DNA of 64,000 nt from Candidatus Kapaibacterium sp. (GTDB lineage: Bacteria; Bacteroidota; Ignavibacteria; Kapaibacteriales; Kapaibacteriaceae): NCBI GenBank assembly GCA_030830285.1, contig JAURNF010000218.1, positions 3,354-67,353 on the forward strand. The letters run 5' to 3'. A program made the translations under genes and the position numbers. The notes beneath the pieces are model-generated. The model did not search any database. It was not told the DNA's origin and saw only the letters and a list, made by a program, of their open reading frames with translations. This document shows, piece after piece, positions 10,437 to 23,500 of this stretch; the first letter of the stretch is position 1, and each line of letters begins with the position of its first letter.

Positions 10437-10919
10437 TCACACAGGCTTAAAGCCTTCGAATGCCTGAAGACATGCATTGCAGTAGTGCAATGATCTGCAC
10501 AATGTCGGACCAAACGGACTCTTGAGATCCGTGTCGCGTGAGCCGCAGTACGGACACGCTACATTGTTTAACACATCGAGCTTCAGCGTCAGTGTATCGA
10601 ACTGCTCAGGTGGTGCAAGTCCGTGTTTCAACAACGCAGCACGTCCAGCCTCTGTGAGACGATTTGTTGTCCAAGGTTCGTCGAAGTTTACATCGACAGT
10701 AACGTGTGTCACGCCAAGTGCACGCACAGCAGCTTCAACATCGCTGCGCATCACATCAATTGCCGGGCACCCAACGAACGTCGGCGTCATCGTTACGTGC
10801 ACATCGTCATCGCTACGCACATCAACATTGGTGATGATGCCCATGTCGTACACCGAGATTGTAGGAATCTCCGGATCACGAACTGAGAGCAATGCTTCAA
10901 TGACGTCGTTGTTGGTCAT
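10437..10919 (-). CDS. paaD: 1,2-phenylacetyl-CoA epoxidase subunit D (PaaD/PaaJ; DUF59 plus C-terminal Cys4 ribbon)
   Basis: RDPEIPTISVYDMGIITNVDV, FVGCPA and C-terminal CPYCGS...CNAC motifs match PaaD. Confidence 0.8.
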   Translation of the reverse strand: MTNNDVIEALLSVRDPEIPTISVYDMGIITNVDVRSDDDVHVTMTPTFVGCPAIDVMRSDVEAAVRALGVTHVTVDVNFDEPWTTNRLTEAGRAALLKHGLAPPEQFDTLTLKLDVLNNVACPYCGSRDTDLKSPFGPTLCRSLHYCNACLQAFEGFKPV

Positions 10920-10920
10920 A

Positions 10921-11676
10921 CTACCATTCAGCCGATGGATCGAGGCGATACACCTCTGTCATTTCATCGAGCATCGGTTGCAGATGATCCGTGTGATATC
11001 CCTTGCGTCCACCAAACTGCGCGTCCGCTGTTGAAGGCACATCAAGTGTCGAAGGTGCTAGGAGCTCGGCAACCATCGCTAACCAGCGCTCTTGCGTTGC
11101 GGCTTCGCCAATGCAGATACCTTCGTCGATAAGCGCTTGTTCGTGATTACCCGGCTCAAACATACCCAGTGCGTATGGCCACGCTTCACGGAGGGCCGAC
11201 TGCATGCGGGCGTGCGATTCTTCGTTCCCCTTTGCTCCGAGCTGCACCATCCATGTTTGTGCATGGTACAAGTGATACTTGAGCTCGCCATGAATCTTGC
11301 GAGCAAGCTTCGCAAGCGGCTCAACGCTGCTCTGTGACAGTGCTGTCCAACGCACGTATTCAGCGACATCAAACAAGAAGTGGCGTACGAGTGAGAAGTC
11401 GTACTCACCGATCGGTAGTTCAACGAAATGCGAGCAACGCATGTGCTCTGCGTTGCGCATGAAGGCAGCCGTATCAGGCTCTGGCTCGCCACAGAGCTCA
11501 TGCATGATCGCATACAATGCTTGGGCGTGACCCAGCTTGTCTTGTGCAATCGATGAGAAGGCGATGTCTTCTTCCAAGATCGGACCCAGTCCTGTCCACT
11601 CAGAGTGGCGATGTGCAAGGACCAACTCATCATCTGCCATACGATAGCAGAGATCTGCAAGCGCAGCAGTGTTCAT
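10921..11676 (-). CDS. paaC: 1,2-phenylacetyl-CoA epoxidase subunit C
   Basis: N-terminal LVLAHRHSEWTGLGPILEEDIAFSSIAQDKLGHA aligns with E. coli PaaC ([34 protein letters not shown]). Ferritin-like. Overlaps paaB by 4 nt. Confidence 0.8.
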   Translation of the reverse strand: MNTAALADLCYRMADDELVLAHRHSEWTGLGPILEEDIAFSSIAQDKLGHAQALYAIMHELCGEPEPDTAAFMRNAEHMRCSHFVELPIGEYDFSLVRHFLFDVAEYVRWTALSQSSVEPLAKLARKIHGELKYHLYHAQTWMVQLGAKGNEESHARMQSALREAWPYALGMFEPGNHEQALIDEGICIGEAATQERWLAMVAELLAPSTLDVPSTADAQFGGRKGYHTDHLQPMLDEMTEVYRLDPSAEW

Positions 11677-12068
11677 TCTGTTGTTCCTTCCTGGGATTGC
11701 TTCTTGAACGCTTCGACCTTGTTGCGCACCATGTACGCACCAACATCACGATACTTCTTCTCCGGTGTTGTTGCGAAGATGTCAGCATCTTCGGCTGACA
11801 TCGTGAACACATCACGCGTATTCACGACCCACAGATTCGTGGTCTGACCGCGACGTCCATACTGTTCCTTCGCGAGCAACAGAGCGAGCTCGTGGTTTGG
11901 AGCATGAACGCAGCCGACATGCGTGTGATGGGCACCAGTCTTCGCCTGGTGAAACACCTCGAAGGTCTGAAACTGATCCAGCTCTGGTTTTGGTTCCAAC
12001 GGAGCTGATTGTTCCGCGTCGAGATTCATCCGCGAGACGCGCGGATCGATAGAAATAATCGTAGCCAT
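11673..12068 (-). CDS. paaB: 1,2-phenylacetyl-CoA epoxidase subunit B
   Basis: FEVFHQAKTGAHHTHVGCVHAPNHELALLLAKEQYGRRGQTTNLWVV matches the PaaB core (YEVF..K.G..H.HVGS.HA...ALENAR.AYTRR....IWVV). The true start may be the internal MNLDAEQ at 12029. Confidence 0.75.
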   Translation of the reverse strand: MATIISIDPRVSRMNLDAEQSAPLEPKPELDQFQTFEVFHQAKTGAHHTHVGCVHAPNHELALLLAKEQYGRRGQTTNLWVVNTRDVFTMSAEDADIFATTPEKKYRDVGAYMVRNKVEAFKKQSQEGTTE

Positions 12069-12114
12069 GGCGCAAAAATAAGACTGTGGTGTCTGATTAT
12101 CTCAGACTTCCTTC

Positions 12115-14418
12115 TTAGCGGTGCACTAAGATTGTAGAGGAGCGTAGGCGCACACCGCCGGATTCCAGGTGCAACGTGTATGACCCCGACGTAAGATGTC
12201 CTACGTCCAACGTGAGGTCGGTGCTGGCCCCTTGCCGCACCTCGTACGTCCATTCGCCTACCACACGCCCTGTAACATCGCAGAGAAGCACCTGTACGTC
12301 GCGCTGAGGCGCTCCTCGCACGAGAAGCGCACCGATGCGTGCCTCGCCCGATACAGGCATCGGAAACGGATCGGACAACCGCCACGCATCACCCGCGGAG
12401 TACACCAAGGTCATCACATCCACGTTGCAGCGCGACGTGCCCTGGAAGGTGAGAGGTTGTCCGTTGCTCCGCACAGGGATGTACCACGTTGAGCACGTAT
12501 CAGGAAGTGCAAGCGTGTCGACAACACGTCCGGTATCGATCGCCGACACACACAACGTGAAGCGTCCAACCTCTTGCGGCGCAATGACCACTGGGAGCTG
12601 CGATTGTGGAATCGACACGAACACATTTCCAAGCAGGTATGGTCGTGCGATTACGAGCGGCTCAGTCGTCGATCGATTGCGAACAACCACGTCGCCACAT
12701 GCGATCGTGCCAATCGGATGATCTTGCACGACGATGCTGGAATCAGATGCTGACGCGAATTGGATCTCGGCCTTGTTACGTGTTTCGAGCTTCACTACCG
12801 TAACGGTATCGGAAACTCCTATGCAGCCGAATGAATCAATTACTGTGACGTACCACGTGCCCCCTTCACCAACGGTGATGCTCTGCGATGACTCGCCGCT
12901 GCTCCACTGATACACATCGAATCCACTCGGTGCGCTGAGCACAACGACTTCGTCAAGGCATATGCGTAAGGGGCGATTCGCTTGAATTGTTGGTTCGGGG
13001 TTAGGATGAATAACAGCAGTTGCTGCTGCACTACGTGTGCATCCATTCGTATCCACAACGGTGCACGTGTACTGTCCAGCTGTTGACGCGACAATGCTGC
13101 GCGTCGTATCACCAGTGCTCCAGAGGAAGGACACAAACGGCCCCTCGACAGTGAGCGTGATGCTATCGCCTTCACACACGAATGGTTTCGAGAGTGTGAT
13201 CGTTGGCTCCGTCGACGGACGGAAGCGAAGTTCAATTGTATCGGACGCGCTTTGGCAGGTAGCAGGATCATACACTGTTACGGCGTAGACACCAGCTGTT
13301 GTAAGTGCACGCGTTGGTGACGACGCGCCATCGCTCCATTTGATGGCAGTTTGCGTTGTGATAACGCGTACATCGAGAACTTCGCCTTCGCAGAGCTCTA
13401 CGACACGTGCGTCTGGCTCAATGCGAACATCAGGTTTTGGTGCCGAGAAGTTTGTCTTATACACGCCATCACCAACGCACCATCCAAGCGTATCGTTGAT
13501 GAACCACACATCATCGACATTGCCACGAATGCCACAGTTGCGACGCGTCCACGACTGACCATAGTCATCGGTGTAGAGTACCGTTCGTTCGTCGCCGACA
13601 CCCCAGCCTCGGCGTTCATCGATGAGGAACGTGCCGAACATATTGCTACCTGTGGGCGACTCGCGCCACGTACGTCCGGCATCGCGACTGAAGCGAAGGC
13701 TACCAACGCCACGCGTGTTACCATCGCAATTCGTACCAGATGTTGGCAGAAGGATCGAGTTGCCAACAACAGAAAGCTCCTCTGTCCAGATCTTTGCACC
13801 AGTGCTCGAGTAGAATCGCCATGTACGACCGAAGTCTTCGGTTCGCCATAGCACTCCGCTACTGACGGCATATCCAGAGCCATCGCGGAATATCAACCCG
13901 TCGCTCAACCCTGATAGTGGTTCACTGGTGTAAAACACCGACCACGACTGTCCCGCATCTGTCGTGCGGAAGAAACCTTGCAATCCCGTTGCGCAACCAC
14001 CAACGAAGTACAGACCCTCACGTTGATTGATCCAGTACGAGCCCCAACCCTTTTCGCGATTCGGGTCAAACGGCGAAATGTCTTGCCATGAGCGTCCACC
14101 ATCAGTACTGCGGAACACTCCTGCTTCTCCCGACGTGTATCCGACTTGAGGCGTAAGAAACTGCACGTACTCCAGGAATGCGTTCGGTATCTGCGAACCC
14201 TGCCACGTCGTTCCACCATCGGTGGTACGAATGATATACCCCTCGATGCTACATGCCCACCCATACTGTGGGTTCGAAGGCAAGAAGAACACATCCAGGT
14301 AGTATCCGCGATTGTACGGGGCTGGCAGTTGCATCTCTTCCCACTGAGCGGAGAGCTGTGTCCAACCTGTGACCAGGATGCAAACCGTCAGTATGAGTTG
14401 CTTGAGGATGGGATGCAT
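12115..14418 (-). CDS. Secreted BNR/Asp-box beta-propeller protein with Ig-like repeats and T9SS CTD
   Basis: Signal peptide MHPILKQLILTVCILVTGWTQLSAQ. Asp-boxes (TTDGGTTW, STDGGRSW, TTDAGQSW, TEDFGRTW, SRDAGRTW, TDDYGQSW). Cys-framed Ig-like repeats of the same type as in the giant adhesin (FVCEGDSITLTV..., YQWSSGESSQSITV). CTD-like C-terminus (GSYTLHLESGGVRLRSSTILVHR). Confidence 0.85.
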   Translation of the reverse strand: MHPILKQLILTVCILVTGWTQLSAQWEEMQLPAPYNRGYYLDVFFLPSNPQYGWACSIEGYIIRTTDGGTTWQGSQIPNAFLEYVQFLTPQVGYTSGEAGVFRSTDGGRSWQDISPFDPNREKGWGSYWINQREGLYFVGGCATGLQGFFRTTDAGQSWSVFYTSEPLSGLSDGLIFRDGSGYAVSSGVLWRTEDFGRTWRFYSSTGAKIWTEELSVVGNSILLPTSGTNCDGNTRGVGSLRFSRDAGRTWRESPTGSNMFGTFLIDERRGWGVGDERTVLYTDDYGQSWTRRNCGIRGNVDDVWFINDTLGWCVGDGVYKTNFSAPKPDVRIEPDARVVELCEGEVLDVRVITTQTAIKWSDGASSPTRALTTAGVYAVTVYDPATCQSASDTIELRFRPSTEPTITLSKPFVCEGDSITLTVEGPFVSFLWSTGDTTRSIVASTAGQYTCTVVDTNGCTRSAAATAVIHPNPEPTIQANRPLRICLDEVVVLSAPSGFDVYQWSSGESSQSITVGEGGTWYVTVIDSFGCIGVSDTVTVVKLETRNKAEIQFASASDSSIVVQDHPIGTIACGDVVVRNRSTTEPLVIARPYLLGNVFVSIPQSQLPVVIAPQEVGRFTLCVSAIDTGRVVDTLALPDTCSTWYIPVRSNGQPLTFQGTSRCNVDVMTLVYSAGDAWRLSDPFPMPVSGEARIGALLVRGAPQRDVQVLLCDVTGRVVGEWTYEVRQGASTDLTLDVGHLTSGSYTLHLESGGVRLRSSTILVHR

Positions 14419-14446
14419 AGTGTGATGATGTAGTGACGGCCCCAGC

Positions 14447-14484
14447 CCTAAAATAAAAACGGGGACGCACCGAAGTGCGTCCCC
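14447..14484 (-). terminator. Rho-independent terminator downstream of the giant adhesin gene
   Basis: Perfect 10-bp GC-rich stem GGGGACGCAC / GTGCGTCCCC with a 4-nt loop at 14461-14484. On the minus-strand transcript it is followed by a U-rich tract (plus-strand AAAATAAAAA at 14450-14459). It sits 30 bp after the stop at 14514. Confidence 0.8.
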
Positions 14485-14513
14485 GCTTGACCAAATCTGG
14501 TCGGAATGTCAGA

Positions 14514-17500
14514 TTACTGACGGACCATGCGAGCTACCCAGCGCTGGCTGCCTGCAGATACAACCACGTTGTATGCACCGGCTGAGAGTGTACCCATGTC
14601 TACTGTTGCGCGGAAGTTACCTGCAACTGATGTCTCGTTGAGAGTCATCACGAGTTCGCCAAGAGCGTTGACGAGTTCGATGCGGACTGGGCCAGCTTCG
14701 CTGACGATTGTCTCGATGGTGAAGCGACCGTTCGTTGGATTTGGCGACACGCGGAGAGCTGCCTGATGGCCTGCTACTACGTCGTCGTTTACGTCCGTGA
14801 GGATCACGTCGAAGCCTTCAGATGTGTTCTCACAACCATTTGCATCTGTGATGCGCACGCGGTATGTACCTGGGAGGTTAACCGTGAGCTGCTTGTTAGC
14901 TGCGCCTGGCATGTCAACACCGTTGCGAATCCACTGATATGCTGTAGCTGCTGTTGAGTTCGCTGAAAGCACATCACCCATACGCTGGATTGTTGGAACC
15001 GCTGGGAGGTTGTTGACTGTGATTGATGTCTTGGCCGATACAGCTGGGCATGTCTGGTTTGCAACCGTGACAAAGTACTCACCTGCGCGGTCAACTGTGA
15101 TCGTGCGACCAACAACACCGTTCGACCATACATAGCTTGTGTAGCCTTCTGGAGCTGTGAGCGTTACCGCTCCACCTTCGCAGAATGTTGTTGGGCCATT
15201 GACCGTAACAACCGGTGTTTGTACACGATTCATCGTGAGCTTGACTGTGTCCGATACACCTGCACAGCCGTTGACGTCAACAACTTGGCAGAAGATGTCA
15301 TCGCTTGCCTTGACAACGATGCTGCGTGATGTACCGTACGATACGCCGTTTTGTGATACCCATGTGTAGTTGACATATCCAGCAGGTGCGCTGACTGTTG
15401 CCGAGTCACCTGTGCAGAATGTGCCGTTTACAACTGTGAGTGTCGGTGTTGGCTTAGCATATACTGTCACGTCAACTTCTGTCGATGTGCCTGTGCAGCC
15501 GTTGCCATCAGATACCGATACAGTGTACGAGCCAGACTCTGTAACTGTGACTGACTGCGTTGTTGCACCGTTCGACCACAGGTAGCCGCTAAAGCCAGCT
15601 GGTGCCGTAAGTGTTACGCTGCCGCCTTCACAGAATGTGAGTGGACCGCTGATTGTAACGATTGGGAGTGCGCTTGGGAACACGTTAACGCGTACTGTAT
15701 CCGAACGGTTTGAGCAACCATTTGCATCTGTTACAACACACCAGTAGTTACCTGTTGTGCGAACAACGATGCTGCGTGCTGTCTCACCTGTGTTCCAGAC
15801 GTAGTTCGAGAAGCCGAGAGGAGCGCTGATTGTGACATCACCACCTTGGCAGAATGTTGTTGGTCCAGAGACCGACAGCTGTGCTTGTGGGAGTGCGTTC
15901 ACTGTTACTTGACGCTGGTTCAGGACTGTGCAGCCGAAGCCGTTTGTTTCCGAAACCGTAAGCGTAGCAACACCTGGGAGTGTCCATTCAACTGCAACGT
16001 TTGGTGTGCCTTGGCCAGAGCGGATGATGTTTCCGCCTGTGAGCGACCATACGTATGTGTTACCTGGAACACCTACTGTGCTGTAGTTCTCAACTGTGTT
16101 CTGACATGCGCTTGAAGCACCAACGATCGATGGGTTTGGAAGCGGGTTAACTGTGACGCTAAGCGTACCAGTTGCCGTGCAACCGAAGGTCGATGTGTGG
16201 AGGCACGTAACTGTACCTGTCACTGGTGTCGAACCACCGTTTGCCCACTGAACGTTGAGTGTGAGCGTGCCTTGACCAGAGACGATAGCACCACCCGTTA
16301 CCGACCATGTCGGTGTAAGCGAGCCAGATGCGCCTGTGATCGTTGGGATGCTCGATGTGTACGAAGCCGTATTCACTGTCGCTGGGCTGTCTGTGAGATC
16401 TGTCGCGCAGACAACTGTTGGACCTGTGATTGTTGGTACTGGTGGGATCGGACGGATTGTAACATTCAGCGTTGTTGTTGCGAAGCAAGTACCAGCTGGT
16501 GCCACATCAGCAACATCTTCACGTACTGTGACCGATGCTGTGCCTGTGTTTGGCCATACTGGAGCTGTGCACGTTACGCGGAATGTGTTTGGAGCCGTCT
16601 GAACACCTGTGCCGCCAATTGCCGACCAAGTGTATGTGTTACCTGTCACGAGTGGTGTTGTGTAGTCAAACGTAGCGTTGCCGCATGGGTTGACTTCGCC
16701 TGTGATGACCGGTGTTGGCGTACGACGGATGTCGATCTGCTGTGTCGTTGTCGTGATGCAGTCAGAGCCAGGAACTGTCTCTGTGCATGCGACTGTACCC
16801 GCACCAGCTGCACCCCACTGAACCGTGATCGTGTTGGTGTTCTGACCCGAAAGGATCGTACCACCAGTTACTGCCCACTGGAATACGTTGTCTGGTGTTG
16901 CTGTCACAGCATACGTGTGTGTGCTGTTGTTGCAAACCACGCCTGGACGACGTGTTGATGGGTTACCGAATCCTGTTGCCGACGTGATTGCCGGTGTTGG
17001 GATTGGGTTAACACGAACGTTGATTGTCTGAACACCGACGCAGAAACCACCAAGGGCTGTTTCTGTGACCGTCATTGTGTGGAGACCTGGCTGAATCCAG
17101 CGAACTGTGATTTCGCTAGCTGCTGGATAACCAGCAACTGTTTGGAACGCATTAGCTGGAGTGATCGACCAGTTGTATGTGCTACCTGGAACTGTGAGTG
17201 TAGCGTATGTATGTGTCTTGTCGATACATACTACGCGTGCCCCGTCGATTGCAGGTGTTGGCTGGTAACCGACAGCAACGTTAGCAGTGCGTGTTGTAGC
17301 GCAAGTCGTGCCTGTTGTTGTCTCAGTTACTGTGATTGTGCCGTTACCTTGGTTCTGCCAGTTCACAAGAACTTGGTTGCCTGTAGCTGAACCAACTACT
17401 GTACCACCAGTTACTGTCCAGTTGAACGTGCTCGCAGCGTTAGCTGGTGTCGAGTACGTGATCTGCTGGCCTTGGCAAGCTTGGTTAAGATTGCCACCTG

Positions 17501-20500
17501 GTGTTACGCGTGAGATTGCTGTAGCTGTTGGTGTTTGCTTGACAACTACCGTAGCAATCTGTGTGCGTGCGCAGTTACCCGATGAGTTCACTTGTGTTAC
17601 CGACAGCGTCCATGAGCCCGCTGTTGTCCACTGAACATTGATCGTGCTGCTAGCTGGGTTCGATACGATCGAACCACCACCGCTTACTGTCCAAGCATAC
17701 GAATGACCAGCGTTGTCGTCTGTGCTGTACTCTACAGTTTCGCCAGAGCAGACCACTGTTGGACCAGCGATGTATGGATTCGGCTGCTCTTCAACTGACA
17801 CGTTACGTGTGAGTGATGTCGAGCAGTTCGTTCCAGTTGTGCTGATTGTAACGCTTACAGTCTGGTTGCCAAGTGTTGTCCACTGAACAGCGACATCATT
17901 TGTGCCTGCGCCGTCTGTGATCGCTCCACCTGTTACAGTCCATGTGTATGTCTGACCTGCAACGTTTACGACTGTGTAGTTTTCGATTGAACCGTTACAT
18001 ACAACTGCTGGACCGCTGATAGCTGTCTGCGTTGGTGTCTGGTTCACAACAACGTTCATCGTAGCTGTCGCTTGGCAGTTAGCCGAAGCATTGCGCTGCG
18101 TGACTGTTACTGTGTGTGTACCTGCTGTAGTCCATTTGACTGAGTACGAGTTGCTTGTTGTACCCGACACTGCCGTACCACCACCCGAAAGTGTCCACTG
18201 ATATGTGTGGCCAGCAACCGCTGGTGTGCTGTACGACGTTGTTGTGCCAGTACATACAGGCGATGTACCTGTGATAGCTGGAGCTGGTTGATCTTCAACA
18301 GCAACGTTACGTGTGAGTGATGTCGAACATGTTGTACCAGCCGTTGTGATTGTTACACCAACTGTCTGTGTACCAACTGTTGTCCACTGAACACTGATTG
18401 CGCTTGTGCCATTACCGCTGACAATTGCACCACCAGTTACTGTCCAGCTGTATTCCTGACCACCACCATTTGTAACGCTGTAGTTCTGTGTTGAACCGTT
18501 ACATACCGTTGCAGGGCCAGCAATCGCTGTCTGCGTTGGCATTGAATTGATTGTCACAAGAACAGAAGCGCTGTTCGAGCAACCCGATGCTGTGTTTGTC
18601 TCTGTTACTGTGACTGTTGATGACAACGTCGCACCAGGTGCTGGGTTGTTCCACTTAACAGTAAGAGCATTTGTGCCTGAACCACTCAGAATCGTTGCAT
18701 TACCAAGCGACCATGAGTATGTGTTGCCAGCATTGTTTGTTGTGCTGTATGTCTGTGTTGAATTACCACAAACATTTGTTGCACCTGTGATGATCGGAGC
18801 TGGTGGGTTTACAACAGTTACGTTCTGAGCGACCGTCGTTGTGCACTGAGTTGCGCTGTGCCACTTCGAGAGTGTTACTGTGCCTGTGCCTGTTGTCGTC
18901 CAGTTGACGTCTACTGTAGAAGCATTGTTCGCACCCGAGATAGCACCGTTTGCAGATACTGTCCAGAGGTAGCCGAACGTACCAGTTGTTGCGTCTGAGT
19001 TGCCGTATGTGATTGTCTGGTTAACGCATGCACCACCAACTGAACCACCTGCTGTTACGCGTGTGATTGTTGGAACTGGTGTTGCGGCAAGCGAAACAAC
19101 CTTGCTTACTGTCTTCGAACATGTTGTAGCTGTTGCAGTCTCAGTTACCGAGATCGTGAAGTTGCCACCAGCAAGATTGCCAGCGAGAACTGTAGCTGAT
19201 GCTGTGTTAACACCTGCTGTGATCGTACCGTTACCTGTGATTGCCCAGTTGTACGTGTTGTTCGGAGCGTTGTTAGCTGTTGAGAATGTTGCAACAGCAT
19301 TGTCACACATCGTTGTTGGACCGCTGATCACCGGTGTTGGTGTTGCGCGGACGTTGACAGTGATCGTGTTACGAGCGACACAGCCAGCTGGAGTTGTCTC
19401 TGTGAGTGTCACTGTTGCAGAGTTCGTTGGAGTTGAGCCCCAAGTAACTGTGATCGTGTTCTGGTTCAGAGCTGTAACCGTTGATGGGCTAGCTACTGTA
19501 CCTGCACCCGCTGCACCACCTGGTGTTGTGATTGTACCACCAACTACGTCCCACTTGTATGTATCACCCGTGTAGAGTGTTGACGAGTAGTTCGATGTAG
19601 ATGTTGGCGAACCTGGGTTGTTCTGGCACACGTCCGTTGGACCAACAATAGCTGGTGTTGGGAGTGGGTATACCGTTACGTTCATCGACTTCGTCGAAGA
19701 ACATGCACCCCATGATGCCGGAAGTGTCACGACGCAAGTAACTGTACCTGTGCCTGAACCGCCTGTTGTGTTCCACTCACCGATGATGTCAGTTGTGCCT
19801 TGACCCGAGCGGATCGTACCAGACACTGTACCTGTTGACATCGACCATGCATATGTGGTTCCTGTTGGGAACGTACATGTTGCACCAAGCGTACGCTTGA
19901 GCGAGTATGTCTTGATGTGCTCTTCGTAGCCACCGTACACACATGCTGTAGCATCACCTTGAACGAATGCATCAAATGGTGTTGGGTAGAGCGTAACTGA
20001 ACGTGTTGTTGTGTCCAAGCAACCGTTTGCATTCTCAGCAATCAAACGTACTGTATGTGTCTGAGTTTCTGGTGAGCCTGCAACTGGGTTGCATGATACT
20101 GCGTAGTCACCCCATGTCACTGTGAACGGATTCACAGTGTTGTTAACCGTGCGGTTAGCAAACGTTGGTGTTGTTCCTGCTGGAGGCGTTGTTGTGAACG
20201 TCCAATCAAAGAACTGGTTCGGAGCTGGTGTTACGTTGCCCGGAGTGAAGACTGTTGTTGAACCACCGCATGCTGTTGCATTTGATGAGATCGAAGCAAC
20301 TGGCTTCTCGAGAACTGCTACTACTGTCGAACCGTATGACTGCAAGCAACCACCCGCTGGGATAGCGCGTGTGTGCGTTGCGTTCTGTACGAGTGCTGCC
20401 GATACATCAACCGTGACGTTCGATGACGTCGATGGGTTCGATGTGATCGTTGGCATGAGGTAGGCAGAGTTGATTGTCAGCGTCTTGCCTGTGCCGTCAC

Positions 20501-23500
20501 CAAGAACAGTGACTGCTGGCGAAAGCGCTGCGCCACCCTTGCGTACTTGGTAGATCACACCAGCTTGTGTAGTTGCGAGAGAAACTGTGAAGTTCTCTTC
20601 GAAGCACACTGGGTTTGGAGTAATCGTTACGCCAGGGTTTGTTGGCAGTGCGAACACTGTTGTCGATGCTGTTGTAGAGTTGCCGCTCTGGCAAGCTGGT
20701 GGGTTTGTTGATGATACTGCACGAACACGGAAGTCGTAGTTCGGAGTAGCAAGTGTTGGCACACCGCCAGCAGGCGATGTGGCATCTGCAAGTGCGATTG
20801 AACCCGCACCGCCACCAAATGTTCCAACAAGCGTCCATACGCCTGCTCCTGCAGGGCTGCGCTCGAGTTGGTAGTTCGCCCAAGTTACTGTGTTAACAGC
20901 AGTAAAGTTGATGAGCGAACCAAAGCATGTGCGCTCGCTACCAGCATTTACGGTAAGTGTTGGTGTTGGAGGAATGCCGTGGACGTTGATTGCTGTGTTC
21001 GCAACTGATGCAACGTATGGACCGCAACCTGTAACAAGGCTAGCACCGCTTGATGTTGCAATTGCACGGAATGTGTACGTTGATGCTGTTGGAGCAGTTG
21101 CAGTGAATGCAAGCTCAGCAGCAGGGACCGTGAATGTGAGTCCTGCACCTGTACCAGCTACTTGTGGTGCTGTTGAAAGTGCCCACGAAGTACCACCGTT
21201 TGTCGATACTTCGAGACGGTACGTCCAATTGACTTGCGAAGAAGCAAGTGTAATCGTACCGTTTGATCCGCTACAAACGTTTGCTGTAGATGTCGACAGC
21301 GTTTGTGCTGTTGGACGTGGGTTGAAGTTTACGTTGTAGTCAGGTGTAGTTGTACCGCAACCTGCACCACCTGGGAATGTTTCTGTGACCTTCACCCTAC
21401 CAGGTGTTGTGCCGTAGAACACTACGCGGATGCGGCTTGCATTGACAGTCGCAGCCAGTGTTTGGCTACCAACTGGTGTTACGTTGCCAGCTGGTGTGAT
21501 CCAGCTTCCACCGTTGTTTGTTGAGTACCCAACGATGAAGCCTTCAGTTGCCTGCCATCCGTAGCTGTTACCAGATACGAGTGTTGTTGAGTAGTCGTAT
21601 GTGTGTGTCCAAGGACCAGCATGTGGCTGACCAACTGGGTTGTTGATCTCTTGGCAAACTGCTGTAGGACCAGAAACTACCGGTGTTGGGACCGGAGCAA
21701 CTGTGAAGCTTGTAACTGTCGTAGTTGCGCAGCTTGAAGCTGGGTCAGTTGCTGTTACCGTGATCGACTTTGCACCAGCACCACCGAGGTTCGTGATCGA
21801 GTTCGTCGTGGCAGGACCAGCAGCTGAGAGAGTTACACCCGACGCTGTCCATGTGTAGTTAATCGTTGGCTGACCAGAGTTACCGTTCGTCGTTACAGTC
21901 AAACCGACTGGAACAATTGTACCAGCGCAGAGTGACGTAATAGCAGGTGCACCACCAGTTGTTGCAACCTGAGCGTCAGCAGGCATCGCATACAATGTCG
22001 TTGTTGTCGAAGCACTTGAGCTTGTGCAACCAGCAACTGTTTGTGTTGCCGACACTGTTACAACTTGCGATGTTGGAGCTGTTGATGCTACGCGAGCAAT
22101 CTGACCCCAAGTAACGCTGAATGCGCTCGGCAGTGTAACTGAACCTGATGTCGTTGTACCAGCAGGAGCGCCCGATACAGTCCAGTTGAGTGTACCACCG
22201 GCTGTGCCAGTGAATGTGTATGACTGCGAGCGTGTTCCGTTTGCGTCAGATGCGCATGATGTTGCTGCACCAGAAGACAAGACAGGAGCGGATGGTGTTT
22301 GCGTGATTGTTACAGACGATGTTACCGTAGCACTTACACATGATGTTGGTGCTGAACCGGTAACTACGCAGCTAACTTGATACGAAGCTGTTGCTGTACC
22401 TGGATTTGAGAATGCAACTGTGAACGACGATGCGCTTGTTGCTCCCGGTGTACCGATACCTGATGGGTCACTTAATTCAGCCCACAAGTATGTTGGTGAA
22501 CCGCCATCATTCACAAGACCAGAGACGTTCCACGTGTGGCTCAAGCCACCGCAAAGTGTTCCTGATGGAGGTGTGATTGTGAATGATGGGAGTGGCTGGA
22601 TAGAGATCGTGTATGTTTCAAGCGATGCACAACCGCCAACAGTGTACTCGTGAGTGATCGTGCCAGTTGAGCCTGAACCCCATGTCACGTCAAACGTACC
22701 AGCACCTGTACCAGTGACTTGACCGCCACCGATTGAAAGACCACCCGTTGCTGCAGAGAGGCTTGAGTTACCAGATACACTAATCGTGTGTGATCCGGCA
22801 CCTGCAACAGTGTATGTATGTGTTGCGCCTGCGCAAGGGATTGTTGCAGCACCGATGCCTGCACCAGTCATGCCAAAGTCAGCAGCTACCGGCGATGCTG
22901 TTACTGTTACAGCCATCGTCGTTGTTGCTTGGCAACCGTTCACTGTGTTCTCAACACATGAGATTGATTGCGCACCTGTTGACGTCCACTGAACCGTTAC
23001 TTGTGTAACGCCCGTGTTGAAGTTGCCACCAACACCTGTACCGCCGGTGTTCGTCGATGTAGCTGGGAGAGTTGTTGTTGTTGCTGCGTTTGCAGCGACA
23101 ATGCTACCACCTGTTAAAACCCAACGGTAACCATTCGCAACGTTACCAGAGGCCAAACCATATGTATAGTTCAGCGGCGTTGGAGCCGTTTGGAACGATG
23201 GGTTGCCCGTTGCAGATGCGAGGAACTGACATGGTGTGTTCGCACCAACAATCGACGGAGCTGGAAGAGCGTGTACCGTTGTTGTTGTGCTGTACGTACG
23301 AGTACAACCAGACGTTGTTGACTCAACAACTGTGACTGTACCTGTACCGCCAGCAGCTGCTGTCCACTGGATCGTGCGCGATGTTGCACCTGTTGACGTA
23401 CCGTTGATGTATCCACCCTGCCATGTGTAGGCAAGACCAGATGCAGAGTACGTGTACGTGTTGCCAAGTCCCGTGTTGCCGGTGATCGTGTAGACAACGT

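Noticed and set aside
16197-16958. 253-aa Cys/Trp/Arg-rich + strand ORF, and many other 60-190 aa ORFs (e.g. 19000-19575, 17287-17634, 20890-21339) antisense to the giant adhesin gene
   Set aside because: These are composition artefacts: the antisense of Thr/Gly/Val/Ala-rich codons (ACN/GGN/GTN/GCN) gives long stop-free, Cys-rich frames. They are fully embedded in a strongly supported CDS on the other strand.
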